From Nageia nagi (taxonomy: Eukaryota > Plantae > Pinophyta): DNA of 64,000 bases. The notes below the pieces were generated by a model that saw only the letters and a list, made by a program, of their open reading frames with translations, was not told the DNA's origin and made no database searches. The stretch is taken from assembly GCA_050084985.1 (NCBI GenBank), contig JBITNC010000002.1, positions 25,296,001-25,360,000 of the forward strand, in the 5' to 3' direction. This document shows, in pieces, positions 24,101-36,658 of this stretch. A program made the position numbers and the translations under genes. Position 1 is the stretch's first letter. Each line of letters begins with the position of its first letter.

Positions 24101-26700
24101 AGAGGACAAGGTGGGGATGGTTAGCAAGGGGCAGTCAAGGGGCGACTTGGAAGGATATAGTCCATGACACCGGATCCCCTTGCATGAGGGAAGCAAGTGT
24201 GAAGTTGTGATTGGGGGAATTGAGCAATACCATTGAGAATCAAAAGATCATTTGTCTCATTAAGCTCAAGAAGGAATTTACCATAACCTGAGGGGGGTGT
24301 GCAGTCAACAAAATCTCTATTGAGCAATAAAGATTGATCAAGAGCCTATATATGGAGCGGATCCACATTGCTATCAAAGTATTGTGTCTATGCATGACCT
24401 GCCCTAGCATTGAAATCCCCAAAAGCATAGTCTCTCCTTGCACAAAATGTCTAGTAATCTTTGAAAAGAGATCGAGAAAAGAGGACTCTCCTACATCATG
24501 AATCACGTAACTTGAAATAGTTGGTGGGAAGTAGCATCCAACAATATAGATTCTCCTAAGAGGTGGGGACCTTGCCAATGACAACCATATGTTGCGTGCA
24601 TGAGTGTCAATGCTCTCAATGCAGATCCTAGGGAGTAAACTGTCTTTGAAAGGCTATGCCTCTTGAACCACAACTATTGAACCACGTACAATCTAAGGTC
24701 CTGTATCTTAAGATCCAAGTGTATATTGGGAAAGGGGGAGTCCCTTGGCAAAGCTCTGATGTGTCTTGGAGTAAAGAGTCAAATTTGATTGATTTGTAAT
24801 GTTGTGAATTGATCCGGGGGAAGACCAAAGCATTTCATTACAGTTTCAAATTGAGATTAAAAGCATTGAGAGTTCTAAAGGGGAGCTCATTAGGCATCAT
24901 TTAGTAATTAAGGAGGATGTGGGGGGCCAAGTTCTAGACCAAACAGGGGGAGAATCTTGAATCCAAGTTTGGCAGTTGCGAATGATAGTCCATTTACCTA
25001 GTTTCCTTGCTTCAATAGCTTCTTTCATGGCAACAATTAATTCTTGAGGTTGCATGCATGTGAGATCGTCATTGATAAAGATGCGGTTCAACAAGGGAGG
25101 ATCTTTTTGGAGCAAAGGGTAGAAATTCTTTGCTCGATTGTGTATAATCAAATGAGCAAGGATGAATTCTTTGTAGTCCAAACTCTATCAACAATTACTT
25201 TTTGTTAATTCAAAGTCTCATGAATACAATTTAAGATTGTTTTAGTACGATTGTCAATTGCCATTAAACCTGTAATACAAAGATTGAGAGCCTTATATTG
25301 TCTGTGATTTTCCTCCTCGAATTTCTTAGTGATTGCTATCATGGTGAACGGGGTAGGTTTGTTTCCATTACCTCGAATTGCGTCTGCCCAAGAGGAAGTC
25401 TGCACCTGTATCTGATTTGCTAGGTTTGCTTGGGTGTTTTTGTGGTTGGGTATCTCATTTTTGAGTACATAAATTTCCTCTTGAAGAGTATTAGTTGTCT
25501 TGGAAGAGAACTCTGTAGTTTTGAAGGAGAGTTCTAATTGCAAGGCAACAATTTTAGAAGCAGGAAAGAGATTGAGAACTTGGATACAAGTCCTTGATCT
25601 GACTATCATGGACGTTTAGTTGATTCTATAATGCTATGATGAAGGTCTGCTGTGTTGCATTGGCTGTCAGGAGGGAGGATACTTGTTTGGATAGATGTTG
25701 AGACAATTCTTCCAATTTCATCAATTGAATGCTGTGAGTGAGGTAAGGAATATTTACCTTGGAAGAGCAGGCAGCCCGGAGAAATTGGGGAATTCACCCC
25801 GACAATGGGGGAATCTTGTTTGATTCTAATGTGTAGTCTGAAGCTACATGAATGATAAGCTGTTTTGACTTGGCAGAGGGGGTGTCTTGTTGAAAGTTTG
25901 GTGAAGAGTTTCCATTCATGGTAGGCCCGCTGCTCAACTTGTCTTGGTTTGACATGTTGTGATCATGTGTGGAATTCTGCAAACTGAAATCCAACCAGGC
26001 AAGCAAGGAAACTCCTGAAGGTGATTTGGACGGAGTTGAGTTAGGCAGAGTGGCACATAGTTGGGTAGGGCAGAAATCTTTCTTGGATCAAAGAGCAACG
26101 TTGGGTAACCAACACACATTCGTAATGAAGTCTCTAGCAGAAGCACAACATTAGGGTGTACACAAGCACAACTTGTAGACGAGATGCAAAAGCAGAGCTA
26201 AAGTTGTACAGGATAGGGAATTGCATTTGAGGAGAGGCACCAAATCATGACTTGTGCCATGGTGCAAATAGGTAGGATGCAAGGTGCAAGAACATGCAAC
26301 TTACATGGGGTGAATTTGCGTTGCCAGATGGAGACGAGAAATGTTAGACAAGTCGATAGAACCAATTAGGAAATTGAGTGTGGACGTCTAACAAAGACGA
26401 CATAATGCAAGATGCTCACGAGGTTGAGGTGGATTGTGCGAGGCTGTGTCAGGGTGGGGTGCTCATGGGGATGGAGAGGAAACACCAAGCGATGAATGAA
26501 ACATAGGGGAGGATGTCAAGCACTCGCATGAGATACAAAGCGGGAGCACTCATGCTAACAGGCAGAGTCATGTGAACGTGGTGTAGAGGGGGTTTTAGAT
26601 AGAAGCACAAAACCACGTGAAGCTAGGTTGCAGCGAGAATGAATGCACATTGGAGCCATGCGTAAATTAGACAGGCATAGCGGATGCAAGGTTCAGACAG
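21185..26700 (-). mobile_element. Near full-length degenerate LINE, non-L1 (RTEX/L2-like) with ORF1 and APE-RT-CCHC ORF2
   Basis: ORF1 KALNLCITGL...RIFINDDLT...EARKLGKW; APE IYIVGCYFPP; RT region GCFVDFKKAF and DDDIVL; C-terminal FRVCSHQLRIET...C.LC...HFVFRC; ends approximate. Confidence 0.85.
22654..22749. repeat. 32-bp tandem triplication within LINE RT
   Basis: TTGGTGTTGAAAGTGTAATGTGTCCATCAAAC x3, no spacers. Confidence 0.9.
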
Positions 26701-28299
26701 GGATGGAGTAGCTTTGTTCTTAGGCCTAATGAGGTTTCTAGATAATTTCAAATATTTTAGATATTTCCTTGAAGTATATTTTTTCTGTCATTTTTTAATT
26801 ATCCATTATATTTGAATTCCTCGCTACCATTTTGTGCCACATCACTTTTTTTTATAATTCCACTTTTTTATAACCAATATTCTCTTTTCACCTCGTCATT
26901 TTCATTTTCTGGAATTCTATTTTTTCGCATGCAATTTATTTCTGACACATAATACCTTTGCTAGATATTTCTTCATTTACCATGTATTGCTTTTACATTT
27001 ACTTTAAATATTTAGTATGTAACAACTTGAAAACCTGATGCAAATTGGAGCAGATCTATTTTCTTTTTCCATGCAATTGACATTCAACTTAGAGCATGAT
27101 ACTGGAGGATGGACTTGGACTATGCCATTTACAAGTACATGGCAATATGTTTCACGTGTACTTTATTGTCCTCATGCACAGCCTAAATTGCACAGGTTTG
27201 ATACTGTCTTGTGCAGAATAAAATTCCCTTAAGAATGACATTCAACGAGTATATATAAATGGACGAAGTAATGACACTTTCTTAGTAAATGAATTATGCA
27301 ACAAAATGCTCCGTGGTGCATGCAAAAAATATTGATTTGAATACTTTGTCAAACATCAGATTTAAGAATAAAGAAAAATGCAATGAATCCACACCTCTTG
27401 TATATGCCTATGTGAAATCAGTATATTTATATATAACCAAAAAGCTGAATCTTCTTTACAGTCATTGATATCTATACTTGAGTAACTTGCATGCTGTTAA
27501 GAACCCACTTTTTCATAGTAACCAAATTATTCACAAACACACATAAAACCACTCCAATATATAAATACCACTCAAATATGCAAACCATTACAAAATACCA
27601 TTTACTGAAGTAACCGAATCGCTTGCACCACTTCGAAGGAGGCATCTCCTAGAGAACAAGTTCTCTCCTCAAATGAAACTATATTTCTTACTTTCCCTCA
27701 TTACAATAGGGAAGGCCTCATATAAATAGCCTTTTGTAATCCTTCACCTTTCAAACCTATTACATGTGGGATAAATACTAATATAACATAAATAACATGT
27801 TATGGGGTCATAACATTATCACTTCCTTAAACAAGCTTTGTCTTCAAAGCTTGTACGTGCCATACATCAAAACATAATAGCCTACACACATTATCATAAT
27901 CCCACCAAACATCACAACAAAATAGCCTACTAATCTATTAAAGAGGGTTATTACATTGCCAACCCCTTTGACAAACTGTCCTCAAAGCTTGCCAAAATAC
28001 AAAATATAATCTTCCCATGAACAATAGAGAAAATAAAGAACCAAGAAGTCCAACTCATCCAAAGTAGCCAATAATGTTGCAAATCTGAATAGGAACTCAT
28101 CTATGCATCAAAATCACACCAAGGTAATGATAATACTGTTGTTGAGGAGTGGGAAACAAAAAGAATGATCCAAAAGAGTCAACAAAGAACCTGCCATGTT
28201 GTTGCTGCACTCTAAAGCCCTCCTGTGATGCTTGAAGTCTGTTTGTTGCACTTTGAAATCCTGGAATGAATACTCCATGAAATCTTGCTGCTTCACCAT

Positions 28300-28537
28300 G
28301 TCCATACTAACATAAGGAGGAATATCCTCACACTCTATAACAAGCTCCACTAAACTAGAATAAATAGGCTCCACAAAATCTGTATTGATACAAGTGAGAT
28401 GAAGGGCCTCACATTCCACAACATGCTCTACTATACTCGAAGAAACCAACTCCACATAATCTGTACTGACACAAGTAAGAGGAAGGGCAACATACTCTAT
28501 AACATGCTCTTCTAAATTCAAAGGAATTGGCTCCACT
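28300..28537 (-). repeat. ~81-bp (27-codon) tandem repeat x3 within ORF 28114-28620
   Basis: VEPIPLNLEEHVIEYVALPLTCVSTDY / VELVSSSIVEHVVECEALHLTCINTDF / VEPIYSSLVELVIECEDIPPYVSMD. Confidence 0.75.
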
Positions 28538-28943
28538 AGATCCTCATGAAGAACCTTATCATTGAGTAGGGTCTTAAGAATATGAATCTGTTTCTTTGCT
28601 ATTTTTGTATATTTGTTCAATATATTGTCAAGATTCCTAAGTGCATCACCAACTTATGTCAAATTATCACCCATTCTTTCCAATACATCATATCCTTTTT
28701 TTTTTTAAATATCAAAAATTAAAATTGATCTATCTTCATGAAAATAAATCTAATTCTCTTGAAATTTTTACTGTAGATAGGTACTATGAATTCCCACACA
28801 AATATGAAATTTTATAAAAAATGATGGCATATGCAAATGTTATGAAGATTTCATCTTTGCCCCTTTTAATCAAAATCTCAATCACCAATTTTATTATAAA
28901 TAAGCCAAAACGACATGATTTTTTTACTTAACACTCCCAATAC

Positions 28944-29902
28944 CAAGGATTCACCGTGTGTCGAAAAAGACGGAGCGACGGGAATGCGTTTCCAAGAACG
29001 AGAACGATTGAGGTCATTTTTAGGGAGCACCCCAGAAACGACAAGGGGAGCGACTAGTATAATACTAGTAAAAAATCCCAAACATTTTAGATTTTTAAAT
29101 GTGGTTGTTTCTAATTCATTATTGTTATAATATTATCAATTCAATCAAATGAAACATTGAAACATAATATCAAAACGAGCTGTAATCAATGATCATAACA
29201 CCATAATATCATTAAATCAGAAATCTGAATCAATTTAGTACATTAGGATAGATCTGAAATCTCAAATAAAAAATACTCAAAAGTCATAGTAGCAGACTGC
29301 AAAATGCCAAAATCACAACTATCAAATTATGGCTATAAGAGTTCATGTGCTACTAATAAATTCTGATTGTAATCAATACCATCCTTTTCATCAAGAAGGC
29401 TATCTAATGAGCTTCCCTCATCATCGAAGTGGACATCCTCCAATGACAACCCTACCAACCCTGCACATCATCAACCTCAAAGATTAACTGCCTCCACATG
29501 ATCAATATGTTTTTCAATTAGGAGGCTTTATATTTGTGTTTTTAGGGTTTGGAAAGGGTGGGGACATGCGTGGGACCCACCCAATGCCTTTTTTTTAAAA
29601 GTAAAGTTGGAAAATTTTATTTTTTAAATGGCTGCCCCCTAACCTCGTAGGGAGCACCCAGACGCTCCTTGGCTTCTCCCACCGCTCCCTAGTCGCTCCC
29701 ATTGCTCCGTGGGCACTCCTCTTCATGAAAACGGATCAGGAACGATGAAAAAAGGCTTGGAAATGTTCAGGAAACGTCTCCTAGCCATTACCCACATTGG
29801 GAATGGTTGGGAGACGTTATCGTGTTGTCTTTCTTGCTCTTGAATGTCGGAAACGTTTGGAATGGTGCTCTAGGAGGGGGAACGCATTCCCATGTATCCT
29901 TG
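28944..29902. mobile_element. Non-autonomous hAT-like element nested in the LTR element
   Basis: TIR CAAGGAT(T/A)CA; GC-rich GGAACG/GGAGC subterminal motifs at both ends; TSD only 4/8 (CCCAATAC/CTTTGTAC). Confidence 0.6.
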
Positions 29903-32617
29903 CTTTGTACAAATATATGAAAACCAACTAAATTTCATAAGCAAATTCACACAGATGGAAAATATGTGGTCATTTTACTCTTGCCCTTTCTAGATGTTAA
30001 AGTGTTTATAAGGAGAGCCCAATGTTCTTCACACACAATCGTCAATACTATTCCAAAACTTCTGAAATTTAAACTGTATACTCTTGAGATAATAATCCGA
30101 AAACCCTTTAAATTTCAACAACAAACTCGCAAGGAAAAAGAAGATATGATCAAATACTTTTGCCCTTTTTTCATAATTCTAGATTTAAGGTTTTAAAAGG
30201 GAAACACAAATCTTCTCATAAATAGACCAATACAGATCCAGACGATCTGAAATTTTGATAGAATGATTCTCTTATTTTCAGAAGAGTAAACCCTTTCTTC
30301 AATCCTATACAACCATTTTATTGCAAAAAATGAAATGCTTATAAAATCTGCAAATGAGATACAAAATACCTGAAATTTTTAGTGAGCTTTCTTGACAAGA
30401 TTATCTGCGAACCTTCAAAATTTCAGCAGAAAATACCTCTAGATATGTGAGATATGAATTATTCACTTGAGCTAGCCAAAAAACCCTTCAACTTTTTCCA
30501 CTCCACCCACAAGTGCCAAGATCATGCTCAGATACTAGTTGTTAAGAATCCATTTTTTCATAGTTACTAAATTATTCACAAATACACATAAAACAACTTC
30601 AATATATAAATACCACTCAAATATGCAAAACCATTACAAAATACCATTTACTGAAGTAACTGAATTATTTGCACCACTTTGAAGGGGGCACCTCCTAGAG
30701 AGCAAGTTCTCTCCTCAAATGAAATTATATTTTTTGCTTTTCCTCATTACAATAGGGAAGGCCTCATATAAAAAGCCTTTTGTGACCTTTTAGCTTCCAA
30801 ATCTATTACATGTGGGATAAATACTAATATAACACAAATAACATATTATAGGTTCATAACATTGCCACCACCTTAAGCAAGCTTTGTCCTCAAAGCGTGT
30901 ACACACCATAGATCAAAACATAATAGCCTACACATATTAACATAATCCCACCACACATCACAACAAAATAGCCTAGTAATCTACTAATGAGGGTTATTAC
31001 ACATGCAAACTTGTGCGCAATCCCACCGGATCTCATAATATGAAAATTGGAGATCTTCCATTGTTGTGATACCACTGTTGGATCAACTTCTTGTCTAAAA
31101 TAGACTGTCAATCCAACCAAATATAGACTTAATCTTGTCATCTATGATTAGTTAATTACTATAGCCTAAATGTAGACTCAACCTCTTCTTAACGCACAAA
31201 TGGATATTCTCTCGTAGCATATTTCACCTTAATAACCATATGAAATAGTACAAAAATATTAATTTACATCTCTCAACTTTGGATTTATATTATTGTACAT
31301 CCATCAACTTTTACTAGGTTCACCTTTGATACATATTTTGCCCCAACAAAAATATTTTTATTTGAGACACTTGAACGTGTACTATCCAAGAGTGCTTTTA
31401 GGTTGCTTTTCATTATCATTAAGATTTTCATTTTCTTTTCCTTCATGGCCTATATTTTACGAAGTTCTAATTTTGGTGAGAGCAGGTTAGTTTGGCGAGA
31501 CACTCAACTGTTGACCAAACCTGGTCAACTTATGCTGTACTTGTTGCTTCATTTCTGAAACTGGAATGAACATATAGAAGTTTGAAGCCATTTGAGTTAC
31601 TTTTACTGTTTTACCTCCTTTATATCTCAATTGAATAGGTCCTGCCTTATTATTGCAGCTCTTGCTTTTTATCTGATGGTCGATTCAACTAGCTTTTCCT
31701 GCTTTTAGTTTGGTGTTTGAGTCAAATACCTTTTCCTGCTTTTTTGTTTTTTAAAGAAATTGTTCATTCCTGCTACAGATGCCGTTGCCATGGAGTTAAT
31801 TTGGTCTTACTTTTGAGCTCCTTTGCAAGTATGATGCCAACCGCTTTCCAGTTCTGGAGTTCTTTTTTTCCAGGCTTGTTCATGTTGTTTCTGTTGCTTC
31901 TCTTAACCTTAGTTTGTTCAGTTGACAAAGCATTTAAGGAAAGGATGGAAAAGCACATAAAAAACTTAATACCATTCCCTTTACAGGTCGTGAATCCTGT
32001 TTTATGTCGTGAATCATCTCTTCCCCCATTCCCCGTACCATTAGGATTGGGGATCCTCTACATGGTAGCTGGCATTTGCTTAATTCTGCTGGCATTCTGT
32101 TTTCAGCATACTTGGCTCTCAGGTTTCAACCCTAGAGAACCTGAAGATAGTTGATCAGTCTCCAATACAGCTTGGCTGCCAACTTCAAGGCCTTGTTATT
32201 TTTAATGCTGATCTTAGTTCCAAACCTCCTGTTTTTGAATGGCACCGCTGCTCTTATTTTATAAGAGCCCACTTCTGCTCCTTTTTTGCTCCACTCCAAA
32301 GGAACCTTTGGTTGATTTTATCCAGTTCCCTCAAGACTGTCTTGGGGATATCTATGACCGAAGAGAGATAAATGGGAATGGATTGTAGAACTGATTTTAC
32401 CAAAGTAAGTCTGCCTCCACATGAAAGTGATCTATTAGTCCATTTATCTAGTGATCTATTGTCATCAATCTCGGCATTAACAAAAAGGTTGAGCCTGGTT
32501 TCAAATCTTACATCAGTATGCAGTTTCTACTTGGTACACTTGTATACTTTTTGTTTTTAAGGTCTAATTTAAGATGTTGGGCATGTTAGAAGCTTTCACA
32601 CAGTACATGGTTTTATG

Positions 32618-35600
32618 CATAGTTAGAAATATCAGAATCGAATCGGAATCGTTTGGTTGCAGAATTTGGATTTTATGAAAAATCGGATAAAATTGGCAAA
32701 AAATCGGCACGGAGAAAAAATGAAGGAATTTTTCCTATTTTATATTAAAACAAATCAGTTTTAGCTAAATCTGAATATTGCATATCAAATAGACAACATT
32801 CCATATAGAATAACACACAAAATATCCAACATTGCATAACAAAGAAATTGTAGAGTTTTATATTACATTTCGAATGTCAAGTGTCAAGGATAAAAAACAT
32901 TAAAGATTTTCAATGTGACATAACAAAATCTGAGTCAAAAGATTCAAAACATTCATCTAGTGATTGCTATTGCAACATTGCTATGAGCTATCATCCATGT
33001 TTTGCCTTTCGCAATCTCTCTTTTGCAACCCTGGACCTAGTTGTTATTAGAGGTTCATCATCATCAATATCATCTTCAAGAGCTGCTCCTCTATGTGATG
33101 GTTTGCTGCTAATGTACCCCCTTGGGCCCCTTTTGCTTCCATTGCCACCCTTTCAGCTTCCTCTCCCATTGCAACAACTTGTTCTTCCATCCTTTGATAC
33201 TCTTCAAAGGTGAAATCAAAATCCTGAGGCTGTAAAATCAAAATGCATTGCCCATCAAAAGCTGATAAAATATATTCAAAATCAAATTCAATAGCTAATC
33301 TATAAGTTGAAAATTGAAATCAAAATCTCTAACCTCTTTTGGCACATCCTTCAACCATGAAGCCCACACATCGCTTGCATCAAGCTCATCCAACTCTATC
33401 GCGTCATTACTTGTTCCTTTAATTTGTCTATGACGGAGGCAAAGGTTGTAATGCACAAAAACCAAATCATTCAAGCACTCATGGGTGAGCCTATTGCGCT
33501 TCTTTGAATGAATTTGCTCAAAAGTGCCCCAATTTTGTTCACACCCAGAAGAACTAGCTGGTTGGGATAAGATTTTTATAGCCACTTTATGAAGATTTGG
33601 CGTATTACCGTCATAATCCTCCCACCATAGATCTAAAAAAAACAACAAGAAAAACAAATAAGATATGCATTTTTCAAGATATTACTAATTGGGCAATTTA
33701 CTTTAAAAAGATTGAAAATGCATTTTGTTACCTGGAGTTAGAGTTCTCATTGATTCTATACGTTTTGGGGATGAGAACAAGTAGCCTTGTGCTTTCTTGT
33801 AATCTTGAAGCTCTACGCTGAAAATTTTGGTTCTAATCTCCTTGTATGGTACCAAATGGTTAATAGCCTTGTGGAGACCTACAAAATTTAAATGCCCATC
33901 AAAATCCAATATATTCAAATTCAATAGGTTAAGTTGAAAATTGAAGTGAAAATCCTCAAAGTTGATTAATATTTACTAGTGAATACCTGCGTTAATCTTC
34001 CCATTCAATGGATCAAAATTGTATTCATAGAAGAACTTGGGGTTCAAGTAAATCCCTGCTCCATGTAAAGGCTATTGCAATTGAGTATTCCACCTACGAT
34101 CAACCATGTCCCAAATGTATTGAAATCTTGATGAACGAAAAAAGCAGATATTGCCTCCTTTACCTTATCCATCGCCTCATACACATACCCCATGGATGGC
34201 TTCTCTGAGTCCACAAGGCGAAACACCTTCACTAAAGGCACAAGGCGAAGCACCCTCACTAAGGGCTCTGTAATCTACAAAGTGAATTATCAATTATACA
34301 ACTAAATTAATAACAATTTTAATGAATTAAATTTTAATCAATTCAATATGGAATGATTCGGATAGTTGAAAAGTGGAAAAGTTGAAAATTGAAACAGAAT
34401 TATACCTTCAAAGTTTGAAGTGCGTCCGTCCCATAATCATCATCAAAGATACAATTAACGACATTCTTGCTGTCTGGTTCACGTGCATATCTCGACTCCA
34501 TCCACTTGTCGCTCACAAGCATGTGTTTCAATGCGGTTTGAGTATTAAAAATACTCTGCAATGTAAGAAATGATGTTGCAAATTATGTAGTGGTTGCATG
34601 TAAAATTCATAAATTTAATTTCATGAAAAATTAAAAAATAGAATATAAATACAGTAAATTGAAAGTTGGGAAATAAAAGAAAATTTACCAAGACGTATTA
34701 GATGCTTTCCATTTGTGAAATTTGTTCTCATCAAATATAGGACTCAAGCATGATTGTAGATATATTTGGTGATATTTTTTGTTGTTTCCACAACCTCTTT
34801 GATCCAATCTACCATTTCAATGTCCTCAAGAAGTAAGCCGATGACATATGCAACACAAGGAGTTCAAAAAATGGTAAGGTATTCTTTCTAAATCCTCACC
34901 CTTATTTTAACGTATGCAAAAGCATTATTCATGATAACCTACAATGTGCACAACATAAAATTTAAAGTTAAGTTTTAAACTAAAATGAATTAAATTTTAA
35001 TTATTAAAAATTTAAATAAAAAAATGATAACATGCACAAAATAAACAGAAACGAAATAAATAGATAATAATAAATATATCTACACAACGTTCTTAGCCCC
35101 CACCTCCTCGATGACCATCTGTAGCTGCCCAAATAAATAATTACTATTTTTTATTTCACCTGATGCATCTACTGACTTCAAGAATACCAAACCTCCTAAA
35201 GAAGCAGCCAAAATTTCAACAAAGTTCTCTGTGTATCAGTCCAACCATTTCTAAGAATGTTGCAACCCTTTCCTCTCCAAATCTTCTTCTGCTCATCAAT
35301 AACCCTCGCCTCATGCAATCTAAAACAGCCACATCCAGCATAGGACCTTTCAAATCACCGAAAGTTGGTTCTTTGAATCCAATACCACAAGCAGCAATAG
35401 CTCTAACCATGTACTCCCAATATGGCGAGTTCGCCACGTTGAAAGAAAGATTAGAGTAATACCAGAAATTTGCAATTACCTTTCTGGCTTCATTAAACTT
35501 ATTCTTATTCCATGATTCATCGAGTGTGGTTTGGCTACCACGAGTTGCAAAAAAATCACATCTCATTGCACAACTAGAGCCTACTGGATTCCTCATCTTG

Positions 35601-36406
35601 CTGTTGGGGGTTTGCTCTACAGTTGCACTACCACTAACACCGCTCTCTTCAAAGAAATGGCCCTGGGTAGAACCTACCCCTGGAAACCTTGGAGTTGGAG
35701 GTGGAGGGGAGTTGGTGGAAATCCTCTGGCAATTTCTGATTTTGTTCTTTTCCTTGTCTCCTTTTCTACTGCCTTGGCTTCTATGACGACAATTATTTGC
35801 CTTTGGACATCTTGATCCACCTTAGGGCAAGGTCTAATATTATTCCCAACCATTCTTGCTAAGTGAAATTTCATTCTGTAAACACCTCCACCAATAGGTT
35901 CCTTACAAAAATTGCAAATAAGAGTGCTTGTTGTTTCAGTCTTTGTGACATATGGCCAAGCAACATCTTTCCTATCTTTCTTATTGCTTGGAGAACTCAT
36001 ACTTGCAGCTGCAAAAACAAACAAAAAAGAAAAAAATAAATAGCTGAAGCCTTGGAGAGAAAATGAAAAACACCTATCAAAACTCACAAAGCATTGGAAA
36101 CTTACTTGGAATCTCTTCAAATTTGTTGAAAATGGTGTTGGTTCAGCTCCTCTCAGCTTTAGAATGCAAAAAAAATGAAATGAATGAGCTTTTTGGTGAC
36201 TTAAACCCCTCTACCTGCGCCCAAGACAAGAAGACGATATTTTGCCCTTTTTTTATCGGCAATCGCGATTTTTTGCATAATCGAATTGGCCAAAAAGTCG
36301 GATTAAATTCTGAAAAATCGTCGGCCGATTCGAATTGGATCGTTTGCTTGACCAATTCCAATTTTATGCGATTTTATCCGATTCCGATCCGATTTTCCTA
36401 ACTATA
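32618..36406 (-). mobile_element. hAT DNA transposon, full length (3789 bp)
   Basis: TIR (C/T)ATAGTTAG.AA.ATC; perfect 8-bp TSD GTTTTATG; AATCGG subterminal repeats; transposase inside. Confidence 0.95.
32990..36000 (-). pseudogene. Multi-intron hAT transposase (BED finger, DUF659, dimerisation domain), disrupted
   Basis: DVAW...CNFC...GGGVYRMKFHLA...C; IANFWYYSNLSFNVANSPYW; LRLVDSEKPSMGYVYEAMD; WW..Y....PNLHKVAIKILSQPASSSGCEQNW..F..IHSKKRNRL. Confidence 0.9.
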
Positions 36407-36628
36407 GTTTTATGTATCATAAAGTGGAGTTGTTGGGAACTAATACTGATCAGACAATGCTTCTAATAATATTTAATGTGTAGTACTATTGTTTCTTTGT
36501 AGATCTTTTTATAATACTATTTTATTTACTTGATTATTATGGACGTTTTAAAAAAACTTTGTAGTGTCCTAATGTTTTGGGTTGTAACATTTTGGCAATT
36601 TGTGTAATATATTGGCTTCCTTCTGCAG

Positions 36629-36658
36629 GTGAAGGAACCTCACACTCCACTTCTAAGG
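36629..36658 (+). CDS. NDUFS4: NDUFS4 30-nt micro-exon
   Basis: ttctgcag|GTGAAG...CTAAGG|gtatgc; VKEPHTPLLR matches the plant NDUFS4 VK.P.TPLL segment; phase 0 on both sides. Confidence 0.92.

Larger units (their letters stand above)
27495..31001 (-). mobile_element. Non-autonomous LTR retrotransposon (LARD/TRIM-like)
   Basis: ~461-bp LTRs 27495-27955 and 30540-31001 (TGTTAAG...ATTACA); TSD CATGC both sides; degenerate Met PBS just left of 30540; PPT-like tract right of 27955; no RT or IN. Confidence 0.9.
26800..32470 (-). mobile_element. 5'-truncated L1 LINE ORF2 3' part, split by the LTR element at 27495-31001
   Basis: 32340-32460 reads LDKWTNRSLSCGGRLTLVKSVLQSIPIY, then QRFLWSG...LAAKLYWRL; ~27050-27115 reads PPVSCSKLNVN, like the L1 RNase H-like PP...KLN.DG motif; ends approximate. 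Confidence 0.7.
1571..36628 (+). other. NDUFS4: 35,058-bp TE-filled GT-AG intron of NDUFS4
   Basis: GT at 1571 and ttccttctgcAG ending at 36628; flanking exons join in phase 0 to give continuous HGWDYM|VKEPHTPLLR. Confidence 0.9.

Noticed and set aside
31717-32154. Hydrophobic 145-aa ORF resembling a membrane protein
   Set aside because: Antisense to A-rich L1 ORF2; T-rich codons explain the hydrophobicity
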